51,451 nucleotides of DNA from positions 1-51,451 of the forward strand of contig CAMOBD010000003.1 in assembly GCA_946578345.1 (NCBI GenBank), given 5' to 3'. The notes below the pieces were generated by a model. It was not told the DNA's origin. It saw only the letters and a list, made by a program, of their open reading frames with translations, and ran no database searches. Position 1 is the stretch's first letter. The number at the start of each line of letters is the position of its first letter. Positions 8,301 through 16,667 of this stretch are shown piece by piece. The translations under genes and the position numbers were made by a program. Source of the DNA: an uncultured Clostridium sp. (GTDB taxonomy: Bacteria > Bacillota > Clostridia > TANB77 > CAG-508).

Positions 8301-10772
8301 TGGCCATATTTTAATGTTTGTAAACAAGTCTAGTATTAATAGGAATAGTATAAAAACCAGTGCAATTATTTCAAAAGAACTTTTTACTAAATTGTTCAAG
8401 ATTTTATATTTTGATACTAAATTTAAAGGATTTTTCTTCTGGGCTCCATCTTTATCTTTTATTTTTGATTGTAACCATCTGCTGATTTGCCAATCCCCTC
8501 TTGTCCATCTACTAAGTCTTGTTTTATAACTTAAATATGATGTTGGATATCCATCCATTAGCATAATGTCAGATGCTAACCCGCATCTTAAATAAGAGCC
8601 TTCTAGCAAATCATGACTAAGTACAGTATTTTCTGGTATTTCTTCTTTTAAAACTCGTTCAAAAACTTCTAAATCATATATTCCTTTTCCTGTGTAAATT
8701 CCTTCTTCAAAATTATCTTGATATACATCTGAAATTGCATTTGTATATGAATCTGTTCCAGGTGAAACAGAATATATTTGTGTGAATTTATCTCTATGTG
8801 CCGCTTCTAATCCAATTCCAATTCGTGGCCCAATTATACCATGCCCACTTGTTACAATTCCATTATTTATTTCTGGCTTGTTTAAAACATGTGCCATACT
8901 TCCAACAAGTTCTATCCCAGTGTTCAGAACAAGTTCAGTATCTGCATCAAGTGTTATAACATACTTTATGTGAGGCATTTTATTTAAATCCATAGTATTT
9001 ACTCGAAAGTCATCTTTGTGGTCTCCATTTAATATAAATTCATTAAACTGAGTTAAAAGTCCTCTTTTTCTCTCCCAACCCAAATAACATTCCTCTTTAT
9101 CATTCCATTTTCTCTTTCTGTATATAAAATGGAATTTAGGAAATTTGTTATCAGGATATTTTTTATTAAGTTTTTCTGCTAACTCTATACCTTTTTTTGC
9201 AATTTCTTCATCAAACTCTTCCTCTTCTTTGCTACTTGCTGTCACATCAGCTAAAAGAGCGAAATATAGATTATCACTTTTATTTGCTATATAATATACT
9301 TCTAGCTTTTTCATCATCTCTTCTAATTTTTCTGGTTTTGATATTATTGTAGGTATTACTACAAACGTGCTATCATCTTCTGGTATGCCATTTTGGAAGT
9401 CAAGTTTTGGTATTAATTTAGGCTTGACCGTTTTGCTCAGCACATACTGTAAAATTTGCTTAAGTATCATTTCAATTGGTAAATAGATAAGTAATATCGT
9501 AATTAATGTGATCCATATATTTTGTGTTTGTGCATGAACATAGACTCCAGCTAAAGTTGACAATATCAAGCATATTGCTATTTTACAAATAATATACACT
9601 CCCATTTTTTTGTCATTAGGAATTTCCTTTACTTTTTTATTTTGTAATAATCCTAATAACTCATAGTATCCTTTATCAATCAAATAATATCCTATATGTG
9701 CTTTTTTCCCTTCATTTACATTTGCTAGTTCTAAACATTTTTGTGCTATATATATTTCAGAGATTTTTGTTTTTTTAGAAATCTCCTGTATCTTATTTCT
9801 ATAATAGATTTTCGTTCTGTAATCCATTTTGTCATATACATTTGCAGGATCCTTTTTTAATATATCATCAACTTGATTTATACTTTCAAAAATTTCAGTC
9901 ATATTTATTCTTTGGATGTTCTTTATGCTAGTTATTGAATTTCCCATAGATACTTTTTTTACAGCTATATCAAAATGCTCTTTTTTTATAACCTCAGAAA
10001 TGTCTATCCCCATTTTATTAACTTGATCTTCTAAAATGTTTAAAAAAGGATAACCTCTTTTTCCAAACTGTCTTAACTTATATGACATATATTCAATAAA
10101 CGGATATTTCATTTCTCCATACTCTTTTACTTTTGCTTTGTACTCATTTAATTTGTTGAATTTAAGTTCATCTTTTGATTTATTTTCTACCAATCTTTCG
10201 ATAATATTTTCTACTCTATATTTTTGTAATTGCGCTGTATATATTCTTTCACATATCTGCCTTATATTTTCTATTATAGCAATTTGAAGAAATATTCCGA
10301 TGTTCCATATTTCATCCATACTAAGTTTTTTCTTTTCTTGATAACTCTTTAGCAAATCTGAAAGCAAATTTCCATCTATTTTGCTATCTGTGTATGAAAC
10401 TATTTCATTTGCAAGCACATAAATTCTTGCAAATCCATAATTTACTCCATTTGCAATTCCTAAAAAATTTTTATACTTTTTTAATGATAAATTTTTTTCT
10501 ATACCTTTTACAGCTTCATCTATAATATAATAATTATCTAATAACCATTCTCCTGCTGGATGTATTGGTATTTTTAGCTTAATATGCTCATTTAGCAAAT
10601 TATATGTTTCTGTTATCGCCACAAAATTTTCCTGCATCCTTGGAATTGGGTACGTACTTTTATCTGATTTTTCTTTTAAAACATGGTCTGATGCTAGTTT
10701 TTCCAAATAACTTTCTAATTGATACTTGTCTAAAACAGCACCTTTTGTATTTAACATTCTATAAGTTTTCAA
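2358..10772 (-). CDS. cyclic beta-1,2-glucan synthase (NdvB/ChvB/Cgs-like; glycosyltransferase, cyclizing domain and GH94 phosphorylase domain)
   Basis: ~2804 aa from the likely TTG at 10772 (RBS AAGGAGTG); motifs EWLLDN, GWERKRG, TLDADT, SHDLLEG, RWTRGDWQ, YDLLASEAR, MAHHQG, GFRDQLQD, GDWND, ENGGQYTH, GGWTWYTGS. Confidence 0.9.
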   Translation of the reverse strand: MKTYRMLNTKGAVLDKYQLESYLEKLASDHVLKEKSDKSTYPIPRMQENFVAITETYNLLNEHIKLKIPIHPAGEWLLDNYYIIDEAVKGIEKNLSLKKYKNFLGIANGVNYGFARIYVLANEIVSYTDSKIDGNLLSDLLKSYQEKKKLSMDEIWNIGIFLQIAIIENIRQICERIYTAQLQKYRVENIIERLVENKSKDELKFNKLNEYKAKVKEYGEMKYPFIEYMSYKLRQFGKRGYPFLNILEDQVNKMGIDISEVIKKEHFDIAVKKVSMGNSITSIKNIQRINMTEIFESINQVDDILKKDPANVYDKMDYRTKIYYRNKIQEISKKTKISEIYIAQKCLELANVNEGKKAHIGYYLIDKGYYELLGLLQNKKVKEIPNDKKMGVYIICKIAICLILSTLAGVYVHAQTQNIWITLITILLIYLPIEMILKQILQYVLSKTVKPKLIPKLDFQNGIPEDDSTFVVIPTIISKPEKLEEMMKKLEVYYIANKSDNLYFALLADVTASSKEEEEFDEEIAKKGIELAEKLNKKYPDNKFPKFHFIYRKRKWNDKEECYLGWERKRGLLTQFNEFILNGDHKDDFRVNTMDLNKMPHIKYVITLDADTELVLNTGIELVGSMAHVLNKPEINNGIVTSGHGIIGPRIGIGLEAAHRDKFTQIYSVSPGTDSYTNAISDVYQDNFEEGIYTGKGIYDLEVFERVLKEEIPENTVLSHDLLEGSYLRCGLASDIMLMDGYPTSYLSYKTRLSRWTRGDWQISRWLQSKIKDKDGAQKKNPLNLVSKYKILNNLVKSSFEIIALVFILFLLILDLFTNIKIWPLMTIAILSIIIPSVMEIVNRIIYKKDGETYQRTFNKGITGIKASVIRGILDIGLLPDKAYTMFSSIMKTIYRMCFSKKHLLEWTTAEEAERNSKEDLFSYYKSMLANLVIGVVLLIFSYKNPLVIALSVLYIITPGVMKIISKKQKKVFPIEILNNQEKEYIKEIGQKTWNYFKENINEKSNFLPPDNYQEDRKEQIVYRTSPTNIGLGLLAVVASYDLGYESLEDTINLLSKMIDTISKLQKWNGHLYNWYDLQTLKPLVPKYVSTVDSGNFVGYLYTLKQFLEDVQSGESVGEELKQTSNETDTENRKEEKRNNRSEEEKGNENAETEQEEIREKRKREELTEKINLMLQIIDNTIENTDFSYLYSEENRIFSIGFNVEDNALTPSYYDLLASEARQASLVAIAKKDVPAKHWYNLSRTLTILNKYKGLISWSGTAFEYLMPNINIPQYPGSIINESSQFAIMSQQEYAKKLGIPWGISEAAFNLRDLNNNYQYKAFGVPWLGLKRGLADEMVVSSYGTILAINDYPIETIQNLKLLEKDGMYDKYGFYESIDYTPSRLKKGEKSEVVKTYMAHHQGLILLSIDNLFNKNILQKRFMQNPEMQSVEILLEEKMPANVIITKEQKEKVEKVKNVDYETYAVREYNKPYDKLSHINVISNEDYSVIIDQKGDGYSKYKNIVINRFKQTDDVQQGIYFFFKNIKTKRIWSSGQKNYLAEADKFSAYFSPDMSKFVRQDGGVETTTKIVVMPDSPVEIRKIELKNLGNSEETIEVNSVFEPILSSLEQDYSHKAFNNLFLTFEFLDDTNTILVKRKARDERKSDVYMAVNLYTEDDTIGELEYEVDKEKFVGRQNVELPIAVENSIPLGRKVQMTTDPIIAMRRTVKVAPEGKVVLNLIISVSEDREEAINLVKDNMNNEKIERNMNLARAKVEAESMYLGIKAKDIEKYQNMLKYLIYQNPLKLLMYKSKIPEEAPTAELWKYGISGDLPILLVKIKDSSDIYVVKDALKAYEYFRVKNINIDLVILNEEKKTYENYVYEDIQSAILDKNLSYLQNINGGIHVLSNVDKPSKRIIEFRANLLINAHLGGIARQIKDFEEEYIDKIKEIGEESDRHQICEDEFQRDNLDADSLKYYNEYGGFSQDGTEYLILVNKDEKLPTVWSNIMANEKFGTVVTEGLGGYTWYKNSRLNRLTAWNNNQVTDVPSEIIYLEDLESKKMWTVSVNPCPDNNDYYITYGFGYSKYMHTSNGIYQELNVFVPKGDGVVLSCPVSNQNGGSVLADQKYSTKEESVKVQILHLENKLAKKKELKLVYYIKPVLDEDETKSNGYIELDYNANMNLITLENKTKELTNRTIMYIACSEKILSYTGSKKSFIGKGTIKNPEGIRKLELDKENSLGKDGIVAIELKIDLEAFERKNVVITLGADENILNLKDVAYKYSNVNNAISELEKTKRYWKETLGNIQVNTPVESMNILLNGWLLYQTLCSRMLARSGYYQSGGAYGFRDQLQDCIGLKYISAEYLKRQIIKHSEHQFIEGDVEHWWHEETSRGIRTRFSDDLLWLPYMVAEYIKFTGDTSILDIETSYVKGPILEDGVDERYDLYLPTEEKESIYKHCIRAIERSLNFGENGLPKIGSGDWNDGFSTVGNKGKGESVWLGFFQYLVLDKFAKICEEYSKRHESEENNNINSAQESEELIKEKETTAVEIERANKYRKIMEDLKRHLNTNAWDGRWYKRAFMDDGNVLGSMQNEECRIDSIAQSWATISGAGDNDKKYISIQALENHLVDKETGIIKLLDPPFEKSKLEPGYIKAYIPGTRENGGQYTHGAIWAICAEAILGFGDKAVEYFRMINPIEHARTKEEAKKYKVEPYVIAADIYGGNLAGRGGWTWYTGSSSWMYEAGIKYILGLNIEGNMLKIKPNIPANWKEYSIRYKYGNSIYNIKVKNENSEAEKGVFLDGKRLEKPEIILNGNGGVYSVEVRK
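4502..4525. repeat. REP-like motif copy 1 (inside the glucan synthase CDS)
   Basis: ACAAAACAACCCCGTCCCCTTTTG, 23/24 identical to 12313-12336. Confidence 0.65.
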
Positions 10773-10780
10773 AAAAATTA

Positions 10781-10843
10781 CACTCCTTGTCAATATGCTT
10801 TTTTACATATTCTTTCCAAGAAGTGTAATTTTTATTCATTTTT
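10781..10843. repeat. ~62-bp direct repeat copy A, containing a sigmaF-like promoter and RBS
   Basis: Identical to 12339-12400 except for one T; minus strand reads GAATA-N15-GGAAAGAATA, then AAGGAGTG. Confidence 0.85.
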
Positions 10844-10872
10844 GTGATAAATTTGAGACAAACCTCATTTTA

Positions 10873-12153
10873 TCATGGTTTTAGGGCTGTTATAGGTAAC
10901 ACATAAATTCCATCTGGTCTTTTTATAACTGCATCATACAAACCACAAATTACACACATAAATTTAGGTTTTACTTCGGCTAATTCATAAAATCTTTTTA
11001 AACTTGCTACTGCTTCTTCTTCTTTGTTTGCACCTAATTTTATTTCTATTGCCCCATATTCTCCATCAGCAATTTCTACTATGCTATCAACTTCTAAACC
11101 TGTATCATTCTCTCTATAATGGTATAACTTAGCATTTATGCTTTCTGCATAAATTTTTAAATCTCTTTCACATAAAGCTTCAAAATATAGTCCCATTGTT
11201 TCTAAATCATTTATCAATTTTTCTGGGGTAATATTTAAAATAGCACATCCTAATGAAGGATCTACAAAGTGTCTCTTAGGATTTTTTCCCACATTTAATC
11301 TTGAACGTATTTTATACATAAAAGAATTTTGATTTTCTATTAAATGTAATCTATTTAATACATCCAAGTAGTCTGTAACCGTATTTCTACTTATAGTAAC
11401 ATCTTCTTCTGTAATATTATTATCAATATCTTTTATTAATACATTGTTAGTAGAAATGGTACTTTCATTTCTTGCAAGAGATCTTAAAAGCATTTCCATT
11501 TTTTGTTTATCACGCTTCACTCCGTCTATTTCAATTATATCTTTATCTAATACTGCTTGAATATAACTTTGGGCTATTTTCATAGCTCCCTCTACGCCAA
11601 GCTCAATACTTTCAGGCCATCCCCCTCTTACAATTAATTCTGCTAACCTTTTTAACTCTACCTTATTTACTAATTTATTTTTCACTTTGTTGTCAAATAA
11701 ATCTTTTAAAGATACTTCGCCACTAGAATCTCCTGATTCATACAAAGACATTGTATACATTTTCATTTTGCAAATTCTTCCTGCTCCAGAATGGTGTATT
11801 TTATCACTTACTGGAACGCTTGAACCTGTTAGGATGTATTTTCCCTTTTCTTTATCTTGGTCACACTTAAATCTTACTGCATCCCATATTGAAGGTACTT
11901 CTTGCCATTCATCAATAAGTTCTGGCTTATCTTTATCTAAAACTAGATTAACATCCATTTCAGCTAGATGTTTTTCTCTAAAATTATCTGCTGTATTATT
12001 TAGATATACTACACTATTTGCATGATTTAAAGCTGTCCATGTTTTTCCACACCATTTTGGTCCTTCTATACTAACTGCCCCAAAGATTTTTAAATTTTCT
12101 TCTATTGCCTTATCTATTATTCTTGTCATATATCCTTTTTTGGTTAATTTCAT
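10873..12153 (-). CDS. AAA_14 ATPase with DUF4143 C-terminal domain
   Basis: GPKWCGKT Walker A, IDEWQ Walker B, ILTGS, GGWP, PKRHFVD, LEVD..EIK. Confidence 0.9.
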   Translation of the reverse strand: MKLTKKGYMTRIIDKAIEENLKIFGAVSIEGPKWCGKTWTALNHANSVVYLNNTADNFREKHLAEMDVNLVLDKDKPELIDEWQEVPSIWDAVRFKCDQDKEKGKYILTGSSVPVSDKIHHSGAGRICKMKMYTMSLYESGDSSGEVSLKDLFDNKVKNKLVNKVELKRLAELIVRGGWPESIELGVEGAMKIAQSYIQAVLDKDIIEIDGVKRDKQKMEMLLRSLARNESTISTNNVLIKDIDNNITEEDVTISRNTVTDYLDVLNRLHLIENQNSFMYKIRSRLNVGKNPKRHFVDPSLGCAILNITPEKLINDLETMGLYFEALCERDLKIYAESINAKLYHYRENDTGLEVDSIVEIADGEYGAIEIKLGANKEEEAVASLKRFYELAEVKPKFMCVICGLYDAVIKRPDGIYVLPITALKP

Positions 12154-12205
12154 TCACTTCACCTCTTTTACAGGATATCATATTTTTATTTCTTTTTCAA
12201 TATGT

Positions 12206-12291
12206 ATTGTGCAAATTTTGAGCATTTTATTGTGCAGATTTTGAGCATTTTATTGTGCATTTTTTGAATGTTTCATTGTGCATTTTTCGCC
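12206..12291. repeat. 23-bp tandem repeat array (about 4 units) upstream of the AAA_14/DUF4143 gene
   Basis: ATTGTGCA-led units at 12206, 12229, 12252 and 12275 (ATTGTGCAAATTTTGAGCATTTT type). Confidence 0.85.
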
Positions 12292-12312
12292 AAACGTTGA
12301 TAAAGTATTTTT

Positions 12313-12336
12313 ACAAAACAAGCCCGTCCCCTTTTG
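12313..12336. repeat. REP-like motif copy 2
   Basis: ACAAAACAAGCCCGTCCCCTTTTG; abuts direct repeat copy B. Confidence 0.65.
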
Positions 12337-12338
12337 CT

Positions 12339-12400
12339 CACTCCTTGTCAATATGCTTTTTTACATATTCTTTCCAAGAAGTGTAATTTTATTCATTTTT
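12339..12400. repeat. ~62-bp direct repeat copy B
   Basis: CACTCCTTGTCAATATGCTTTTTTACATATTCTTTCCAAGAAGTGTAATTTTATTCATTTTT. Confidence 0.85.
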
Positions 12401-12828
12401 TATTTTGCATTTTTTAAATCATCATTAATCACATGAACTGGAGATTTTTCATTCTTTAATATTTCTTTTAGACATTGTGGTAAAATGTTATACGTATCTA
12501 TTTTATCTAAATCAAGCCACTCATAATGCAAATATTCTTTTCCTTCTACATTATGCATTGTATAATCAATCTTTTTGTCTTCGTCATTTGCAAACTCTAC
12601 TTTGTATAAAAAATAGAATTCATGATACTTTTTGCCTTCCATTTCAAAGAAATTTTCTATCGTTGCTATATAATCAATTATTTCTATTTCTTTTCCTAGC
12701 TCTTCTTTAATTTCTCTTTTTATTGTTTCTTCTGAGTTCTCTCCTATTTCTATTCTTCCTCCTGGCAAACAACAATGATTCTTTCTATTATCTTTGTGTA
12801 CAAGTACTTTATTATTATGCACAAACAT
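12400..12828 (-). CDS. NUDIX hydrolase, probably 5'-truncated
   Basis: Nudix box GGRIEIGENSEETIKREIKEELG; the frame continues upstream as KQGDYKLNIRAAG to a TGA with no start codon. Confidence 0.75.
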   Translation of the reverse strand: MFVHNNKVLVHKDNRKNHCCLPGGRIEIGENSEETIKREIKEELGKEIEIIDYIATIENFFEMEGKKYHEFYFLYKVEFANDEDKKIDYTMHNVEGKEYLHYEWLDLDKIDTYNILPQCLKEILKNEKSPVHVINDDLKNAK

Positions 12829-12971
12829 TCCTGCAGCACGTATGTTTAATTTGTAATCTCCTTGTTTCTTCGTTCATGTAGCAATCTATATTCTATTTCA
12901 GCTTTGTTTGCTTTATTAGAATTTGAAATGGTAACATCTATTCTATTTATTGATTTAATTATCTATATTTT

Positions 12972-15413
12972 TTAGTGTAGTTGTCCTTGCCATTTTTTAT
13001 TTTCTCTTTTATCTTTATATGTATATTCTGCTTGCATTCTTTGTCTTTCCATTTCTTCAAGCATTAGTCTTTCTTCTTGTGATAGTTCTACTCCTTCTCT
13101 AGATTTTTTAAATAACAAGCGTTTTCTTTGGTTTTTAGCTATATCCATTTCTTGTTGTGCTTTTTCAGATTTACCTATTTTTCTTGAGACAACTTGTCTT
13201 TTTAAATAGTTTTTTGTTGCAGTTCCTTTTAATTCACCTTGTATTTCTATTCTTTGTTCTTCTCTTTCTTCAATCTCTTTTTCTTCTTGTTTTCTTTCAG
13301 ATTGTGCTTGTGATAATCCTTCTTCTTGTTTTAATTCTAGCTTATGCCCATCTTTTGATACCATATCAATTGATACAGTTCCATCATTAGCTACTGTCAT
13401 TGCCTCTAGTAGTGCATTTATATCTCCATTATATTTTTCTTGACCTTCAAACATAACAGCTTCTTCTATAAATTGTTTCGCTGATATTTCTTGATTATTG
13501 CTTTTTAATATAAATTTACCATTACTTGGAATATGTGGTGCTACTACTTCTTGAATATATTGCATTGCAGGTATTTCTACGCCATTTGCCAATTTTACCA
13601 TTCTTTCCATCAATTCTGGATTTAAACTGTCTACTATGTCTATTGCTTTTATATCTTTCCCATCAATATTTATAATTCCATTATTCGCAACTGTCATTTC
13701 TTCTAATAATGCGTTTATATCTCCATTATATTTCTCTTGACCTTCGACCATAACAGTTTCTTCTATAAATTGTTTCGCTGATATTTCTTGATTATTGCTT
13801 TTCAATATAAATTTACCATTACTTGGAATATGTGGTGCTACTACCTCTTGAATATATTGTTTTACAGGTATTTCTACGCCATTTGCCAATTTTACCATTC
13901 TTTTCATCAATTCTGGATTTAAAATATTTACTATTTCTATGCTATTTATTCTTTTGTTTTTCTTTTCTCTTACTGCTGTTTTACTTTCTACTTTTTCATC
14001 ATTTATTGTTTTATTTTCCTTTATATTTGCCTTTCTTTCAGCTTGTAATTTCTTTCCTGCATCTATACTCTCAAATCTTTCTTTACTTCCTTTTTGAAAA
14101 CAAAATGTGTCATCGATTCCATTTTGCCTGCATTTCTCTTGAATTTTGTTCTTTACCTTTTCAGTAAAGTTTTGGTCAATTTGTTGCATTACTGGAATCA
14201 TATTTTTTATTATACTGTCCATATCAATCGTATCTACTGAAATATTTTTTCCATCTCGTGTGGGAATAGTAAAAATCGCTTTTCGATTACTTGTTCCTAG
14301 CTCTGCTTTTTTATCTTTCACTTCTACTAATTTTTCTAACCCTTTTGTTATTTTTTTTCTTAAATGAGTTTTTATGTGTTCTTGAAATTTTACATTTGAC
14401 AAATCTTCTTCTCTCAATCCATAATTAGATAATTGCGTAAAATTATGTTCTTTATCTTTATCCAGTCTATCTACTATAGTTTTCATTGCTTGCTCAATAA
14501 ATATATCATTAAATGTAGTCTGCTTTCCATTATATATAATATCTTTACCTTTATATTCAGCAATACTATCTAGAAGTGTTTCCTCAATTGCATTTTCAAA
14601 TATATCTGCCCTTATTGAATTATATGACTGATTTTTACCATTTGCTTTTAATGGTGGTTCATCTCCAATTCCAATCCACCCATCTATTTTTCCTGTTAAA
14701 GCAGGAGGTTCTCCACACCTTTGTATAATCTCTGGCTTTTCTTGTGCAATTTCTTGTAAAATACCTATATAATTAGATAAATTATCTGTGTCAGCATAAA
14801 TTACCATTTTATCATCTCTTTCACTTGATGAGCCTAATTTAAAATAATATGGTATTTGATGTTTTTCACATTTATTTTTAAATTCTCTAGCTAGTTTCCA
14901 CATATCTTGATTTTGACATCCAACATAAAGTCTATGTTTTACTGGGATTTTACTTTCTTTCCTTGCTGATATATATTCTGATTTAATGTGTTCCCATCCA
15001 TCATTAACTTCCCAACCATTTTTTTCATCATCAAAGAGTGAATTTTCTGTTAATTTTTGAATATCCTGCATTGATGAAACTTTACCAAAAGTTTTTAGAT
15101 ATTCCTGCATTTCTTTTGCTTTTATTCCTGCACCTTCTAATCGTTTAATATCCAATTCTCCTAAATTTAATACATTCTCAATCCATTGATTATATGTTTC
15201 TACTAAAAATATTTCTTTATCATTTAAATTAATTTTACTATTATCCTTAGTTTGATTCATCTTTACTAATGAATCATATATATTGCTACTACCAAATATA
15301 TCAGTTCTATTAGATTTTGAATAAGCTTCTATTATTTTTTGCAATATTATAGGATTATCTAAAGGATTTTCAACATTATCATGAATCTCACTTAATTTTA
15401 CCATTTCTGCCAC
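12972..15413 (-). CDS. large hypothetical protein with a HopA1-like domain and an internal tandem duplication
   Basis: 813 aa; HRLYV..YYFKL..RDDKMVIY..PPALTGKIDGWIGIGDEP..SYN resembles the HopA1-family pattern; two ~86-aa repeats with a 297-bp period. Confidence 0.65.
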   Translation of the reverse strand: MAEMVKLSEIHDNVENPLDNPIILQKIIEAYSKSNRTDIFGSSNIYDSLVKMNQTKDNSKINLNDKEIFLVETYNQWIENVLNLGELDIKRLEGAGIKAKEMQEYLKTFGKVSSMQDIQKLTENSLFDDEKNGWEVNDGWEHIKSEYISARKESKIPVKHRLYVGCQNQDMWKLAREFKNKCEKHQIPYYFKLGSSSERDDKMVIYADTDNLSNYIGILQEIAQEKPEIIQRCGEPPALTGKIDGWIGIGDEPPLKANGKNQSYNSIRADIFENAIEETLLDSIAEYKGKDIIYNGKQTTFNDIFIEQAMKTIVDRLDKDKEHNFTQLSNYGLREEDLSNVKFQEHIKTHLRKKITKGLEKLVEVKDKKAELGTSNRKAIFTIPTRDGKNISVDTIDMDSIIKNMIPVMQQIDQNFTEKVKNKIQEKCRQNGIDDTFCFQKGSKERFESIDAGKKLQAERKANIKENKTINDEKVESKTAVREKKNKRINSIEIVNILNPELMKRMVKLANGVEIPVKQYIQEVVAPHIPSNGKFILKSNNQEISAKQFIEETVMVEGQEKYNGDINALLEEMTVANNGIINIDGKDIKAIDIVDSLNPELMERMVKLANGVEIPAMQYIQEVVAPHIPSNGKFILKSNNQEISAKQFIEEAVMFEGQEKYNGDINALLEAMTVANDGTVSIDMVSKDGHKLELKQEEGLSQAQSERKQEEKEIEEREEQRIEIQGELKGTATKNYLKRQVVSRKIGKSEKAQQEMDIAKNQRKRLLFKKSREGVELSQEERLMLEEMERQRMQAEYTYKDKRENKKWQGQLH

Positions 15414-15863
15414 CTACTTTTTAAAAAAATTTTTTATTTTTTGAAAAATCTTTTGTATAAAATTTTGTTTCTTATATTCTACTATTTTAGTATTTTCCTG
15501 TTCTAAATTTTCTAGATGGTTTCGTTTTCTGTTTTTAAATAAATTATCTGGATTATATTTTTCTGCAAGCTCTTTTTTTAATTGTTCATTTTTTTCTAAT
15601 TCATTTATAAAAGATTGTTTTTCTTCTTCTGTATCACACCAGTAGTTAATTGTTAAAATTACTAATAAAATCACTGTTTCTCTTCTTAAATTTTGTTCTT
15701 CTAACGGAATATCCACTCTTATTTCTGGTTTATATTCTTTCATTCTCTCATCATCAAAAAAATCTATGACTTTTTGAGGTATTCTTTTTCTATATTCATC
15801 TTCCATTAGATTTAATACTTCATATACTTCTGAATATGCCATCATATTATCAAACATCGACAT
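15414..15863 (-). CDS. hypothetical protein, paralog of 18081-18533
   Basis: AYSEV..IPQK..QNLRRET..NYWC..YNPDNLFK shared with the paralog; RBS GGAGG. Confidence 0.8.
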   Translation of the reverse strand: MSMFDNMMAYSEVYEVLNLMEDEYRKRIPQKVIDFFDDERMKEYKPEIRVDIPLEEQNLRRETVILLVILTINYWCDTEEEKQSFINELEKNEQLKKELAEKYNPDNLFKNRKRNHLENLEQENTKIVEYKKQNFIQKIFQKIKNFFKK

Positions 15864-15895
15864 TTGTTTTCCTCCAATATAAACAATTCAATCTA

Positions 15896-16645
15896 TTATT
15901 GTTTTATTTTTTTTAATTCTTCTTTTGCTTTTTCATTTCCTTGTTCTGCTGATTTTTGTAAAAGTTCTAAACCATATTTTGTATTTTTTTCTATTTCTAT
16001 TCCATTCTCATTTCCTTCAAGATATAAAGTTCCAAGTAACCATTTTCCCATATCATCATTAACTTCAACTGATTTTTCTAACCATTTTATTGCCTCTTTA
16101 TCATTTACTTCTGTTCCTTCGCCTTGAAGGTATTTATAGCCTGTCCAAAAATATGCTTTATCATATCCTCTCTCTGCTGACTTCTTCATATACTCAAAAG
16201 ATTTTTCTAAATTTTTTTCTGTTCCTTCTCCACCATAATACATAGTAGATAAATAATATTCTGCATCTGCTTGTCCTTTTTCTGCCAAAACACTAAATAA
16301 ATTAAATGCTTTATCTAAATTTTTATCTACACCATTTCCAAAATAATAACAAATTGCTAACATATAAGTAGCATTGTCATTTCCTTTGCTACTTGCTTTT
16401 TCATATAATTTAAAAGCCTCATTCAAATCTTGTTCTGTTCCATCTCCGTAATAATAACTATTTCCCAAATTGTATGTTCCTTTTATACTACCTTTTTCAC
16501 TTGCTTGTTTATATAATTCAAATGCTCCTTTATAATCTTTTTCTATTCCCTCTCCCTCAAACTTTCGATATGCTAATTCACACATTGCGTCTAAATCTCC
16601 TTGTTTCACCAATTCTTCAATTTCTTCTAAACTTTTATTTTTCAT
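15896..16645 (-). CDS. Sel1-like (SLR/TPR) repeat protein
   Basis: About six 36-aa repeats of the LG..YYYGDGTEQD..EA..Y.KA..KG type. Confidence 0.9.
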   Translation of the reverse strand: MKNKSLEEIEELVKQGDLDAMCELAYRKFEGEGIEKDYKGAFELYKQASEKGSIKGTYNLGNSYYYGDGTEQDLNEAFKLYEKASSKGNDNATYMLAICYYFGNGVDKNLDKAFNLFSVLAEKGQADAEYYLSTMYYGGEGTEKNLEKSFEYMKKSAERGYDKAYFWTGYKYLQGEGTEVNDKEAIKWLEKSVEVNDDMGKWLLGTLYLEGNENGIEIEKNTKYGLELLQKSAEQGNEKAKEELKKIKQ

Positions 16646-16667
16646 TCTAAATCTATCCTTTCTACAA

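Noticed and set aside
2677-8973. Many short plus-strand ORFs opposite the glucan synthase (and similar shadows elsewhere, e.g. 1094-1414, 42869-43188, 50988-51277)
   Set aside because: Antisense shadows of AT-rich genes: F/L/S/I-rich, without RBS or recognisable motifs.
12206-12291. Possible CRISPR array (also 20146-20234)
   Set aside because: The units are contiguous degenerate tandem repeats with no unique spacers, and there are no cas genes in the window.
12829-12971. A third CGG-type frameshift at the NUDIX 5' end
   Set aside because: The junction has CGA, not CGG, and a +1 shift does not enter the NUDIX frame; more likely a 5' truncation.
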